Positions 39,712 to 51,300 of a stretch of DNA of 52,578 bases are shown here, piece after piece; position 1 is the stretch's first letter, and each line of letters begins with the position of its first letter. A model generated the notes under the pieces. It ran no database searches. It was not told where the DNA came from and saw nothing but the letters and a program-made list of their open reading frames with translations. This stretch comes from Clostridia bacterium (GTDB lineage: Bacteria; Bacillota; Clostridia; Oscillospirales; CAG-272). The stretch covers positions 1-52,578 of the forward strand of contig JAGCLY010000062.1 of the NCBI GenBank assembly GCA_017646745.1. The letters are read 5' to 3'. The position numbers were made by a program, and so were the translations under genes.

Positions 39712-41370
39712 ATGAGCAAAAAGACGACATGGTATAAGGATATGGTATTCTACCAGATCTGGCCGAGATCATTCAAGGACGGTGACGGCGACGGTATGGG
39801 CGACCTGCACGGCGTGTATGAGAAGCTGGATTACATAAAGTCGCTGGGATGCGACGGCATCTGGTTTTCCCCCCTATACCCTTCGCCCGGAGTGGACTGT
39901 GGATACGATATTTCAAACTACCTTGATATTGCTGAGGAGTTTGGCGGTATGGCCGCCTTTAAGAAGGTGCTTGACGGTGCGCACGAAAGAGGAATGAAGG
40001 TCATAATGGACCTTGTTGTAAACCACACCTCCACCGAGCACGAGTGGTTCAAGAAGAGCCGTCAACGCATCGACCCGTACACCGACTACTACATCTGGAG
40101 ACCTGCAAAGAAGAATGGTGGTATTCCTAATAACTGGGACTCGTTCTTTGAGGGCAAGGCTTGGGCATGGGACGAAGAGAGAAAAGAATACTATATGCAC
40201 CTCTTTGCCGTTCAGCAGGCAGATCTTAATATGGACAATCCCCTCGTTCGTGAGGAGGTAAAGAACATTCTCAGATTCTGGCTTGATATGGGTGTTGACG
40301 GCTTTAGAGAGGACGTTATCACCTTAATTTCCAAGGCAGAGGGACTTCCCAACGACTATATTATGCCTGCATCCAAGGGAACATTCCTCTATAACCATGG
40401 TCCCCATCTCCACGAATATCTTGAGGAGTTCAGGCATGACGTATTTGATAATTACGATGCAATGATCCTTGCGGAAGCTCCCCTTGCTTCACCTAAAAAG
40501 GCGCTGGAGTATGTAGACGAGAGAAAGGATCCCGTGTTCGATATGATGATTCAGTTTGAAACTCAGGGAGCAGACTCCCTCTTTGGTGACTGGTTCCATG
40601 TGCCCTTTATTCTTTTCAGGCTTAAAAGAATCTATACAAAGTGGCAGTCAAAGCTTGACGGTAAGGCGTGGAATATGCTTTACATTGAGAACCACGATCA
40701 TCCCCGTATGGTTTCCCGTTACGGAAGTGAGAAGTACCAGAAGGAAAGTGCAAAGATGCTTGCCGCATCCTATCTCTTCCAGAAGGGAACACCCTTTATC
40801 TATCAGGGACAGGAGATCGGTATGACAAACTGGTATCCCGAAGATCCCGATATGTACGAGGACGTGCAGACCAGATGGCAGTATTTCAACGTTGCGACAA
40901 AGGCATCTCCCAAAAGACGTCTTAAAAGGCTGTGGGATTGCTCACGCGACTCGGCAAGAACACCCGTACAGTGGTCTGCAGAAGAAAATGCAGGCTTTAC
41001 TACTGGCACGCCCTGGTTCTACGTGAACGAGAATTATAAGGAAATCAACGTTGCAGATCAGGAGAATGATCCCGATTCGGTACTTAACTTCTACCGCAAG
41101 GCAATTGAACTGAGAAAGAACCTTTCTGTTGTAAGACACGGCGATTACAAGGAGCATTTTATCTTCTCATCAAAGCTTTACACCTACACCCGTGAGGATG
41201 AAAGACAGAAGTTGCTTGTAGTTTGCTCCTTCACCGACAAGAAAGCCGTGATGAAGGCACCTGCAGGATTTGATCTCTCCAAGGCACAGCTGATGCTTCA
41301 TAACTATGCCGACGTAAGCTCTAAGACCTTGAGACCTTACGAGGTGAGAGTTTACCTTTTGGACAAGTAA
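39712..41370 (+). CDS. GH13 alpha-glucosidase / oligo-1,6-glucosidase
   Basis: YQIWPRSF, DLVVNH, QADLN, DGFREDVI, AEA, ENHD, YQGQEIGM, RDSARTP. Confidence 0.92.
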   Translation: MSKKTTWYKDMVFYQIWPRSFKDGDGDGMGDLHGVYEKLDYIKSLGCDGIWFSPLYPSPGVDCGYDISNYLDIAEEFGGMAAFKKVLDGAHERGMKVIMDLVVNHTSTEHEWFKKSRQRIDPYTDYYIWRPAKKNGGIPNNWDSFFEGKAWAWDEERKEYYMHLFAVQQADLNMDNPLVREEVKNILRFWLDMGVDGFREDVITLISKAEGLPNDYIMPASKGTFLYNHGPHLHEYLEEFRHDVFDNYDAMILAEAPLASPKKALEYVDERKDPVFDMMIQFETQGADSLFGDWFHVPFILFRLKRIYTKWQSKLDGKAWNMLYIENHDHPRMVSRYGSEKYQKESAKMLAASYLFQKGTPFIYQGQEIGMTNWYPEDPDMYEDVQTRWQYFNVATKASPKRRLKRLWDCSRDSARTPVQWSAEENAGFTTGTPWFYVNENYKEINVADQENDPDSVLNFYRKAIELRKNLSVVRHGDYKEHFIFSSKLYTYTREDERQKLLVVCSFTDKKAVMKAPAGFDLSKAQLMLHNYADVSSKTLRPYEVRVYLLDK

Positions 41371-41425
41371 TGTAAATTCGTATTAGGCCACAAATTAATT
41401 TGAACATATAAAAAGGGAGAATAAA

Positions 41426-42490
41426 ATGAGACAACTTAAGAAAATTTTAGCGATTTTTGTGATAGGCGTTATGCTGATGACGACTTCTTGCGCCTTAATC
41501 GAGCAAGTTACAGATTTTTTTACCAATGAAGAAAATCCTTCGGGTAATGAGCCTTCCGATTCCGAGCAGCCTCACCAGCATAAGCCCACTTATGTGCGAG
41601 CAAAATTGCCTGAGTATGCCGTACATGGCAATAAAACATATTATAAATGTGATTGCGGTAAGATTTTTTCTGATAAGGAAGGCACAACCGAAACTACACT
41701 TGAATCTGTAACTCTCCGTTCAGTAACAGGATTTGAGAAGCAGACTTATACAAGCGACGGATACACTCTGAATTACTGTGTGTATGAGCCTGTGGATCTT
41801 GATAAGGAAAATGATAAGGTTCCCTTGATTCTTTTCTTGCACGGTGCAGGCGAGCGTGGTAGCAACAATGAATGGCAGTTGAAGAATGCGATTCTTAAGG
41901 TCGTAGGGGATGATAAAAATAATGAATGGTCAAATTCTATCGTTATTGCGCCTCAGTGTCCCAGTTCTACAGGCGGTAACACTAATTCCAATGTCAATGA
42001 CCCGAATAAATGGGCGGAGACTCCTTGGACAGTCGGAAATTACACACAGGCGAACGTTCCCGAAAGCAAGCCTCTCCACGCAGTAGCCGAGCTTGTTAAG
42101 GAATATGCAGGCTATGATTACATAGATGCTGACAGAGTATATGTTGTTGGACTTTCGATGGGTGGCTTCGGTACTTGGGATATTATTTCACGTTATCCTG
42201 AGCTCTTTGCAGCGGCAGTTCCGATCTGCGGCGGCGGACCTATCGATAAGGTGGATGTTCTGAAGAATATTCCCATATATACATTCCACGGTACAGCCGA
42301 TAAATCCGTTCCTTACGGCGGCACGCAGGCTATGTATGATAGCATTGTTGCCGCGGGCGGTAACAAGATCATATTCCAAACTTATACCGGTTCCGGACAT
42401 AGTATTTGGGATAATGCAATTACGTATAAGGGTGATGGTACAAGTGCTTACCCCGCTCTTGAATATTGGCTGTTCTCGCAGAGCAAATAA
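41426..42490 (+). CDS. Alpha/beta hydrolase (esterase/peptidase) lipoprotein
   Basis: Lipobox TTSC; FLHGAGERG, APQCP, GLSMGG, HGTAD, GHSIW. Confidence 0.85.
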   Translation: MRQLKKILAIFVIGVMLMTTSCALIEQVTDFFTNEENPSGNEPSDSEQPHQHKPTYVRAKLPEYAVHGNKTYYKCDCGKIFSDKEGTTETTLESVTLRSVTGFEKQTYTSDGYTLNYCVYEPVDLDKENDKVPLILFLHGAGERGSNNEWQLKNAILKVVGDDKNNEWSNSIVIAPQCPSSTGGNTNSNVNDPNKWAETPWTVGNYTQANVPESKPLHAVAELVKEYAGYDYIDADRVYVVGLSMGGFGTWDIISRYPELFAAAVPICGGGPIDKVDVLKNIPIYTFHGTADKSVPYGGTQAMYDSIVAAGGNKIIFQTYTGSGHSIWDNAITYKGDGTSAYPALEYWLFSQSK

Positions 42491-42526
42491 AACTTAATTT
42501 TACAAAGATATTTCTTTGTACAGATC

Positions 42527-42612
42527 GAGGCAAACGCTTTACTTGCGTTTGCCTCGTTTGTTTTGTGTCAATAAAAAACAAGCACGACAATTCTATCGAA
42601 TCATCGTGCTTG
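42527..42612. terminator. Two terminators between convergent genes
   Basis: CGAGGCAAACGC...GCGTTTGCCTCG and CAAGCACGA...TCGTGCTTG. Confidence 0.7.
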
Positions 42613-42660
42613 CTTGATATGCTTAAAAGTTTTTAGATAATTGCGTTATTTACGGGTATT

Positions 42661-44592
42661 TTATTTGGTAAATACACCCTGGATGGTTATTGTTTCGCCG
42701 GATGAGGGCATTGTCAAAGGAGCATCAATAGACTGCTGAACGCCATTTACCAGAATGTACGCTAAGGTATATCCGCTATCGGCTGCTGCGGTAATTGTGA
42801 TCGCCGACTTACCAATCTCACATTTATCCAAGCTTACAGTAAGAGAACCGTGCTCGGAGGACAAAAGCTCTACCTTTGCGCCGTTGAGAGAGAAGGAACC
42901 GTTATTTATAATATTTATACCTCTGTTTGCAATTGCAATATTCTCTTTAACAGGCGAACCCGAGTGTTCAACTATTACAGAAGCATTAGTTATGTCATAG
43001 TCGCCCCTCACTGCTTCAGAAGTACCCTGTGACTTCAATGTAAGTGTTGCGCCGTTGCCAACACCAATGATTTTTCCGGGTGTAGTACCCGAGTACGACA
43101 TTCCTCTTTGTCCGCCCGTATCGGTAGATTGGAGGGTATTGTTGCCTTTAAGATATATCGTTAATTCGGCTCCGTTGCTATTCAAATACAAGGGGGTTTT
43201 CGCGTGAGTCAGCGAGAAGTTGTCGAAGTTGAGAGTATATTTGCCTGCTTGATCTGTAGTTATTCTATGATCTTGGGCCGCGCCGGTGAAGATATCACCA
43301 TTCTGCGGAGCATAAATTTCGTCAGTGAACTCAACAGGTCCGGCATCAGACAACTCAACGTTGATTGTTTTTGCAATAATACCATCACCCGAAAGTGTTA
43401 TCACAGCTGATTCACTGTTTTCTATGGTGCTTGTAGCAACAATGACCTTTTGAGGTACGTTATAGTTTTCTTCGGTGAATGTCAGAGTGGAGGGAGATAC
43501 GAGCATATAATCGTTATTCTCTGTGATATTTACAACAGCGTTTGCGGGATCAGATAAGGTTACCTCGATTTCAGTTCTTCCTGTGGAGTTCAAAAGAATA
43601 TTGTTTGTACTCAACACAACTGTAGGCGTTGCAGCTATCGACAAGTTGCCTTTGTTTGTCAGCTCGTATACATACTCGGACATATATTTGCCACTTACCA
43701 AATCAACGCCGCGAAGTACTACGCCGTTTTCGTAAACGTCAACAACGTATCCCTGGGAAAGATCCGCTTCTTCCTTGCGCTCCGAATTTCGAGGATATGC
43801 GCAGGAAGGAACGTGAACAAGAGATACATCCTTGCTGGGCATATTGAAAACATTCATATCATAATCGTCTGCTTCGCACTCAAACTTGTAATGAGTATGA
43901 CCGCTGAATACAACCACGTTTTCTGTGTTCAGCAGTGTTTCCATCAGCTCATCATCCTCGGTGCTGTTTTCAGTAAAACCGTAATACTGATCTTTTGTTA
44001 ATCCTGCGTAATCGGTGATGGGGAAGTGCATAAATACGAATATTCTTGCACCTTCATAACGAACTAATCTTTCCTGTAACCAATCTAAGTTTTCGGCATA
44101 AGGTGTGTCCACATTAGCATTGGTGTTTTCATTCGTCAAGGACATAAATAAGAACACGTCGCCATTTTTAACGATTTCGAAGTTCCTCGGGTGGCCCACA
44201 TACTCCTCCCAAACCTCGTCTGTGTGAGTGGCGTCGTGATTTCCTGTACAAGAATAGAACGGAACGGTTGCGTTAGCATCAATTATTTCTTTATATGCTT
44301 GAAGCTCACTGGTTTCGCTATTCAAGCCTATGTCACCTGTCATACCAACAAACTCTACACCTAAATTTTGCAGACCTTTAATGGCTCTTTTAAAATCACT
44401 GGGACCGCCTTTGTTTTCACTTGCTATGTGGATATCCGACAGTACACCAAAGGAATACATTTTTTTGCCCAAAGGGCTGTCGTAATCCTCATCAGAATCG
44501 GGCTTGGACAAATTGCATGCGCTGAATAGGCATGTTGAGAGCACAATTACAAGGGTTAAAAGGCTTGTAACCAAAAGTCGTATTTTTTTCAT
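42661..44592 (-). CDS. Calcineurin-like metallophosphoesterase lipoprotein with C-terminal beta-rich domains
   Basis: Lipobox FSAC; SDIH, TGD, GNHD, HFP, SGHTH; AAGGAG RBS. Confidence 0.85.
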   Translation of the reverse strand: MKKIRLLVTSLLTLVIVLSTCLFSACNLSKPDSDEDYDSPLGKKMYSFGVLSDIHIASENKGGPSDFKRAIKGLQNLGVEFVGMTGDIGLNSETSELQAYKEIIDANATVPFYSCTGNHDATHTDEVWEEYVGHPRNFEIVKNGDVFLFMSLTNENTNANVDTPYAENLDWLQERLVRYEGARIFVFMHFPITDYAGLTKDQYYGFTENSTEDDELMETLLNTENVVVFSGHTHYKFECEADDYDMNVFNMPSKDVSLVHVPSCAYPRNSERKEEADLSQGYVVDVYENGVVLRGVDLVSGKYMSEYVYELTNKGNLSIAATPTVVLSTNNILLNSTGRTEIEVTLSDPANAVVNITENNDYMLVSPSTLTFTEENYNVPQKVIVATSTIENSESAVITLSGDGIIAKTINVELSDAGPVEFTDEIYAPQNGDIFTGAAQDHRITTDQAGKYTLNFDNFSLTHAKTPLYLNSNGAELTIYLKGNNTLQSTDTGGQRGMSYSGTTPGKIIGVGNGATLTLKSQGTSEAVRGDYDITNASVIVEHSGSPVKENIAIANRGINIINNGSFSLNGAKVELLSSEHGSLTVSLDKCEIGKSAITITAAADSGYTLAYILVNGVQQSIDAPLTMPSSGETITIQGVFTK

Positions 44593-44691
44593 AGAAACTT
44601 CTCCTTTTTCGGATAACAAAATTCAAACGGTTATCGCTTTTTTTATGTTATCACAGTTTTTTTGAAAAGTCAATACCCCAAAAATGCATAC

Positions 44692-44796
44692 AAACTCAAG
44701 CCTTTTGTCTGCCGGTATGTGCTTTGATTCGTCAAAGTTATCCCCCTTCTTAGGTAAATGTTAGCCGTTATGCAAGACTGCCGGCAGTAAGAGTTT
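44692..44796. other. Unassigned structured intergenic element (candidate ncRNA)
   Basis: AAACTC/GAGTTT and CTGCCGGTA/TGCCGGCAG stems enclosing a CTTTGA-TTCG-TCAAAG hairpin. Confidence 0.4.
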
Positions 44797-44943
44797 TAAA
44801 ATGCTTATTTTATAATTTTTTATATAAATTTTTATGCCTTATCACTTCTCTTTCTACCGGGCAACGTGTGATATTACCATGAAGTGAAGCGCCGCTGGGA
44901 AAGATTAAAAGGAGAGTGACGCTTTATAAAAATGTGCCGTGTT

Positions 44944-45062
44944 TTGTACATATTGCACAAAAAAACACCCTTAATTTTTGTTTTCGATAAACCACTTGTG
45001 CCGTAAAAACAGCATTTCATTCCACAAAACTCCATTGCAAAAAAAATATGATAATATATAAT
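44944..45062 (+). promoter_or_regulatory. Third copy of the LytTR-type promoter core, upstream of the GH3 operon
   Basis: TTGTACATATTGCACAA, ACCACTTGTGCC-N9-GCATTTCATTCC, TGATAATAT; same spacing as in the two repeats. Confidence 0.75.
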
Positions 45063-45130
45063 AAAATAATAAAGCGGAAGGGCTCTCCCTTTGTTATGAT
45101 GCTTCACACTAATTAAAGGAGGAAAATAAT

Positions 45131-45361
45131 ATGAGAAGGTTTCCGTGGGGAATTCTGACTGGAATATTCGCAATGATCTGGTCGTTTGCCTTAATTGCTA
45201 TCATAGCCGTGTTTGTAGTATCATCTATGATGTATGTGTACGGCGGTGGTGATGATGGATTGAGAGATTCGTGGTGGATTATGCCACTTATTGTAACCGA
45301 GATCATAAGCGCGGTAGGATGTGGTGCAAGCTTGATCCTGCGCAACGTAAGCAGAAATTAA
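45131..45361 (+). CDS. Small two-TM membrane protein
   Basis: AAGGAGG RBS; two hydrophobic helices; precedes the GH3 gene. Confidence 0.7.
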   Translation: MRRFPWGILTGIFAMIWSFALIAIIAVFVVSSMMYVYGGGDDGLRDSWWIMPLIVTEIISAVGCGASLILRNVSRN

Positions 45362-45391
45362 CTTTTAAGCCTAAACGAAAATAGGAGAAAA

Positions 45392-48300
45392 ATGATGATA
45401 ATTTTCAAAAAATCATTTTGGGCATTGATGACAGTATATATGTCCATTTGGCTTGTGATCGTTATGGTTGCGGGCACAGTTTTAGAGGATTATAAAATGC
45501 TCATCAACGGTATTCTTGGTCTTCCGGGATACAGAGTTGAAAATGTTGCCACAGAGGATGAGGACCTGGAGCATTTCAAATCGAAATTCGTCAAGAAGGA
45601 TGCCAATGGCAACGTCATCTACGTCACCGATGCGGACGGTTATGTTCATCAGGCGTATGATGATGATGCCCTTCTTAAGGCTAGCACTGAAAAGGCTATG
45701 CAGGTTCAGAGAGAGGGTACAACTATTCTTTGGAACTCTGACGATAACGGTCTCCCTTTGAGTGAGGGAGATAAGGTCAGCTTGTTCAGCCACTCAAGCG
45801 TGGCTTGGGGTTACTCTGGTGGCGGATCGGGTAAGGCTTTCAAGGGTGACAATATGAAGGACGCTCTTACCAAAGCGGGCCTGTCGGTAAACGGAACTCT
45901 TTGGGATTTCTACAGTAAAGGCGCAGGCAAGGATTACGTAAGAGATGTGGCAAATATACACGAGGTTCCTTGGAATGTGTATACCGGCGAGGTTAAGAAT
46001 TCCTTTGCGAGCTATGGTGATGCGGCAATTATCGTATTGACCCGTGTCTCCCGTGAGGGTTCTGTCGGCGGAGCAGTCGCAGACATTCCGCATACAGGAG
46101 CAGATACACCCACAGGTGATTATCTTGACCTGAGCGCAGAGGAAGAGCAAATGATAAATGAGGTAATCGCAGCTAAAAATGCGGGTACCTTCAAAAAGGT
46201 CATCGTTCTTCTGAATACCCCTGTAGGACTTTATATGGATTCGCTTCTTGAAAGACGCGGCGACATAGATTGCTGTATGTGGGTTGGTCAGACAGGTACA
46301 TGCGGTCTTAATGAGGTAGGTAATATTCTGGCGGGAAAATCCATTCCTTCAGGACACTTGGCGGATACCCTCCTCTTCAACACTCGTTCTACCCCTGCTT
46401 ATGCGAACAGCATTGCAACCGCGTATCTCAACGCTGCATCTATGAATTTGGAAAACATAAATAGACAGGGCGTGTTTATTGTATACGCCGAGGGTATTTA
46501 CGTAGGATATAAGTATTATGAAACCCGATACGAGGATACAGTTCTCGGAAGAGGTAATGCTACATCTAACGTTGGCGTAGTAAATTCTGCATCAAGCTGG
46601 GTATACAGCGACGTGGTTGCCTTCCCCTTCGGCCACGGAGATTCTTACACCACCTTTGAGTACAGCAACTACTCGGTAGTAGAAAATGCTGACGGAAATT
46701 ACGAGGTAACTCTTACCGTTACTAACACGGGTTCGAAGAAAGGGTCAGATGCAGTTCAGATCTACGTTCAGAAGCCCTATACGGATTACGATATAATGTG
46801 GGGCATTGAGCAGGCTTCGGTTAATCTTGCAGGATTTGCAAAGACTCCGGAACTTGCTCCCGGAGAAAGCGTAGACGTTACTATAGTAGTAGAGGACGAT
46901 GCTTTCAAGACCTACGATGCATATAACAAAAAGACATATATTCGTGAGCAGGGTGAATATTACATAACCGCAGCACAGGATGCTCACGAGGCGGTAAACA
47001 ATATTCTTGCGGCAAAGGGCTATACACCCGCTAATACAAATGGCGTTATGGATGCCGAGGGTAACAATAGCCTTGTCGGAAAATTTGAATTTGATACCGA
47101 TGACTACGAAACCTTCAGCGTTTCAGATGTGACAGGCAATCCGATAACAAATCGCTTTGATGACGTGGACTGGAACCGTTATGAAAACAAGGGTCCGGAA
47201 AACGTTACCTATCTCTCAAGAAACGACTGGCAGGGAACTTATCCTACTGAAGCGGTTAAATTGAGCCTTACTGAAAAAATGGTTGAGGAACTGGCTAACG
47301 ATCATAAGGCAGCTGTAAATCCCGAGGATAAGATGCCCTTGTTTGGTCAGGGACACTCATTTAATTTGATAGACATGAAGGACCTTCCCTATGACCATGA
47401 GAATTGGGAAACTCTCCTTAATCAGCTGACGCTCGACGAGATGATCGAGCTGCTTGGAAGTGCAATGTCCGGTACCATGGCGATGAATAGCATTGCAAAG
47501 CCTAGTGACAAAGCGGGAGGCAATCCTCTTGGCCTTACATACCCGTATCTTAGTTCGGGCAAGAATCCAGTTAATTACCCCAGCCCTACGGTTCTCGCAG
47601 CGAGCTATAATGAACAGCTTGCCCTTGAAGTAGGTGAGCTTATTGGTTATGATGGACTTCACACCGGCGTTATAGGTCTTTATGCTCCCGGCGCAAACAT
47701 TCACAGAACACCATATAGCAGCAGAAACTTTGAGTATTTTTCCGAGGACGGCTTCCTTAGCGGTATGATGGCAAAGAACGAGATTATCGGTATGGAGTCC
47801 ACCGGATGCTACGTTAATTTGAAGCATTTTGCTCTTAATGACCAAGAGAGCTACCGTCACGGTGTAAGCATTTGGTCAAACGAGCAGGCTATTCGTGAAA
47901 TATATCTTGCAGCCTATGAACCCGGTGTTACAGACGGCAAAGCTGACGGTATGATGTCTGCCTTCAACCGTTTGGGTACCAAATGGAGCGGCGCCCATAA
48001 GGGACTTCTCACCGACGTATTGCGTGGTGAATGGGGTCTTGAGGGCTTTGTTATCAGTGATTCGGCATGGCAGACTTATATGGGAGTCATCGATGGCTTG
48101 ATGGCAGGAAATGACTGTATCCTGTATGAAATTGATCTTTCTCTTTACGATCAAGCAAGAACGAATCCCACTGTAGCAAAGGCTGTACGTGAAGCTACTC
48201 ACAGATTACTGTACGTTATCGGAAATAGTGCTACGATGAACGGAGTCGGCAAAAACACCAAAATTATTCTGGTTAATGAATGGTGGCAGGAACTTATTAT

Positions 48301-51300
48301 TGACATTCAGACAGGTGTATTGATAGTAACAATTTCGTTGCTCATTATTACCATCTTGGCATTTATTCTCTTTGGTAGAGTGGGAAGAGAAGGTTTATAT
48401 TATTCTTCCGGATCACGTGGTGGAAAAATAATCGGCACGGTATTTGCATCCGTAGTATCGTTGGCTCTCATAGCTGCATCAATAATCATACCGTACACTC
48501 TGAAAAATCTTCCTGAGAATCATATAGGAAATATGATTGCTGATCTTCTTGAGGGAGAGAATCCTGACGGTGAGGAAAAGGTACCCTCGCTTAAGGATCA
48601 GCTTGAGGGCGAGTATAACGGCTACATATTTGAGGCAGAGTGCTCTGTTCTAACATCCGATAAGGCTTCGACAGAAGCAGGAGGCGAGGGCCAGAATTAT
48701 CCCAGTGGCGGTATGTTCATCAACAATATGAAGAATGCAAATGAATTCAAGACTGTATTCAACGTAACCGCTACCGAGGATGCTCCTGCTGTTCTCAGCT
48801 TGTCTATGGGCCTTAGAGAGTGGTCAATGGTAATGGCTGACGTTCTTACTCTTACCGTAAACGGTGAGGAGATTGAGATAAGCAAGGATATCGTATTCCC
48901 TGTATCCAATGGAGTAAGATACTTCGATTGGCAGGAATTTGAGATAGCTATAATTAACCTTAAGGCCGGAGAAAATACTATTACTCTTGAAAAGAAGGCC
49001 GGTCTTGGCGACGGAGAGGGAAATGGTCTTAACTTCGATTACCTTGCGCTTTATACCATCGCAGATTTGGGATGGACTCACGAGGTTGGCGTAGGACATA
49101 GTTATGGCGAATGGTCGCTCAATTCCGAGCCTACAGCAGAGTCCGCAGGTGAAATTGCAAGCGTTTGCTCTACATGCCGTGATTATAAGGTGGTTGCTAT
49201 CCCTGCTATATCCGAGGCAAACGGCTACAGCAAGGTAACAGAGGACGCAAACGGCGCATATACCAAGACTACTTGGACAATAACTGTAGACGGCTACACT
49301 TATACAACCACTGAAATCAACTATCCCGAAGGATGGGCTGATTACAGATTCGAGGCAGAGTGCTCTGATCTGACATCCGATAAAGCTTTGACGGAAGCAG
49401 GAGGCAAGGGCCAGAATTATCCCAGTGGCGGTATGTACATCAGCAATATGAAGAATGCGGGCAATTTCAAGACGGTATTCAACGTAACTGCTTCCAAGGC
49501 TGCACCTGCTGTTCTCAGCTTGTCTATGGGTCTTAGAGAGTGGGAAATGGTAGTGGCTGACGTTCTTACTCTTACCGTAAACGGTGAGGAGATTGAGATA
49601 AGCTCTAATATTATATTCCCCATTTACAGCGGATCTAATAAGTGGTTTGATTGGACAACGATTGAAATCGCAGGAATAAATCTTGTAGAGGGCAACAATA
49701 TCATTGTTCTTGAGAAGAGAGAAGGTCTCGGTGACGGCGTAGGAAACGGTCTTAACTTCGACTATCTCTCCATCGGTAGTGTGGCCGAGCTTCAATGGAC
49801 AAGTGAGGTTGGCGTAGGACACAACTATGAATGGACTGTTTTGACCGAGCCCACACTAGCTACCGCAGGTAAGATAGCTGCTTACTGCGAAACCTGCCGC
49901 GATTACGTAGAGGAAGAAATTCCTGCTGTTTCCGCAGATAACGGTTATGTTAAGACGGCTGACGACGGCATTCTCTATGGTACTTCAACATGGAATTACC
50001 AGAAGGACGATAAAACGTTTACCTTCACAATTAAAAATTATCACGAAAACTCCGAATTCTACCACATATTTGAAGCGGAGTCTTCAAAATTCGACGGTTC
50101 AGCTAAGCAATATAACAACGCTGTAGTCGGCGCAAGCAACGGTGCTTTTCTTAATAAATTACATAATAAAAGCACGTGGTCGGTAACCTTTGAGATAGGC
50201 TCTAATAAGGCTACCAAGGCTATGCTTGTAATGCGTATCAAGGGTGATAAGAATGTAACCTTGAATAATGGCAGAACCCTTACTGTAAATGGCAAGAACG
50301 TTGCTCTTCCTAATGTTACCTGGCTTAAGAATGAGGATACCAGTAAGCATTGGATGGAGTGCGAGGTAGTAGTTATTGATCTTCAGATGGGCAAGAACAC
50401 TATTACCTTCTCCAACAACGGCGCAGACTTCGTTTCGGATCTCGACTACTTCGCGTTTATCACCGATGCAGAGCTTTCTCGCTACCAGGGAGATGTAGCT
50501 CACACCTGTAGCTTTGTACCCGGTGAGGCGGTAGCTCCCACTTGCACCGAATCCGGTTTGACTGCAGGAACCTATTGCTCTATATGCTATAAGGCAGGCG
50601 AGGCGCAGGAGATAATCGATTCTCTCGGACACGCAGATGAGAATGGTGACGAGTTGTGCGACCGTTGTGACAGTCAGGTTTGCATAGAGCATGACGTAGT
50701 TACAGATAAGGCTGTAGATGCTACCTGTACGACATCGGGTCTTACAGAGGGATCTCACTGCTCGAAATGTGGCGAAATTCTTGTAGCGCAGAAAGAGGTT
50801 CTTGCACCCGGTCACAAGGACGAGAATTCCGATAACTCTTGCGATGCTTGCGGCGAACCTATCGGTAAAAAAGAAACGTATACCTTCCTAGTCAAGGACA
50901 ACGATCCCTTCGCTACCGAAAACGGCGGTTCGGCAATAGATACCGGAAAAGACGACAATAAGACGCTTGGCAAAGGCGATGTTTATGAGAACACATACGG
51001 TTGCACCTTTACATTTACAGTTTACGTAAACGAAGCAACGACCGTAGAGCTCTATGTGTACGAGAATAATGGAAACGCTGCAATGACTGTTTCTTCTGCA
51101 TTTAAGGAGCTTACTTTGAACGGCAAGAAGGTAGATTTGCTCGATACGGAAATGCCCAAAACCGACTGGAGCGAAGGCACAGCGCAGTATATTCATATTG
51201 CTACCTTGGATTTGCAGAAGGGCCTCAATGAAATCACCTTTGTAAGAACTACCCCAAATAGCGGAGCAAACAACGTTAATATAAGAGGTATTAAGCTTGT

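Noticed and set aside
44729-44785. c-di-GMP-I riboswitch resemblance (CAAAG...ATGTTAGCC)
   Set aside because: It lacks the GGCAAAC/GAAA first hairpin and the GGxCTAA segment.
44876-44922. Short frame YYHEVKRRWERLKGE*
   Set aside because: It has no start and is too short to assign; possibly the tail of a deleted gene.
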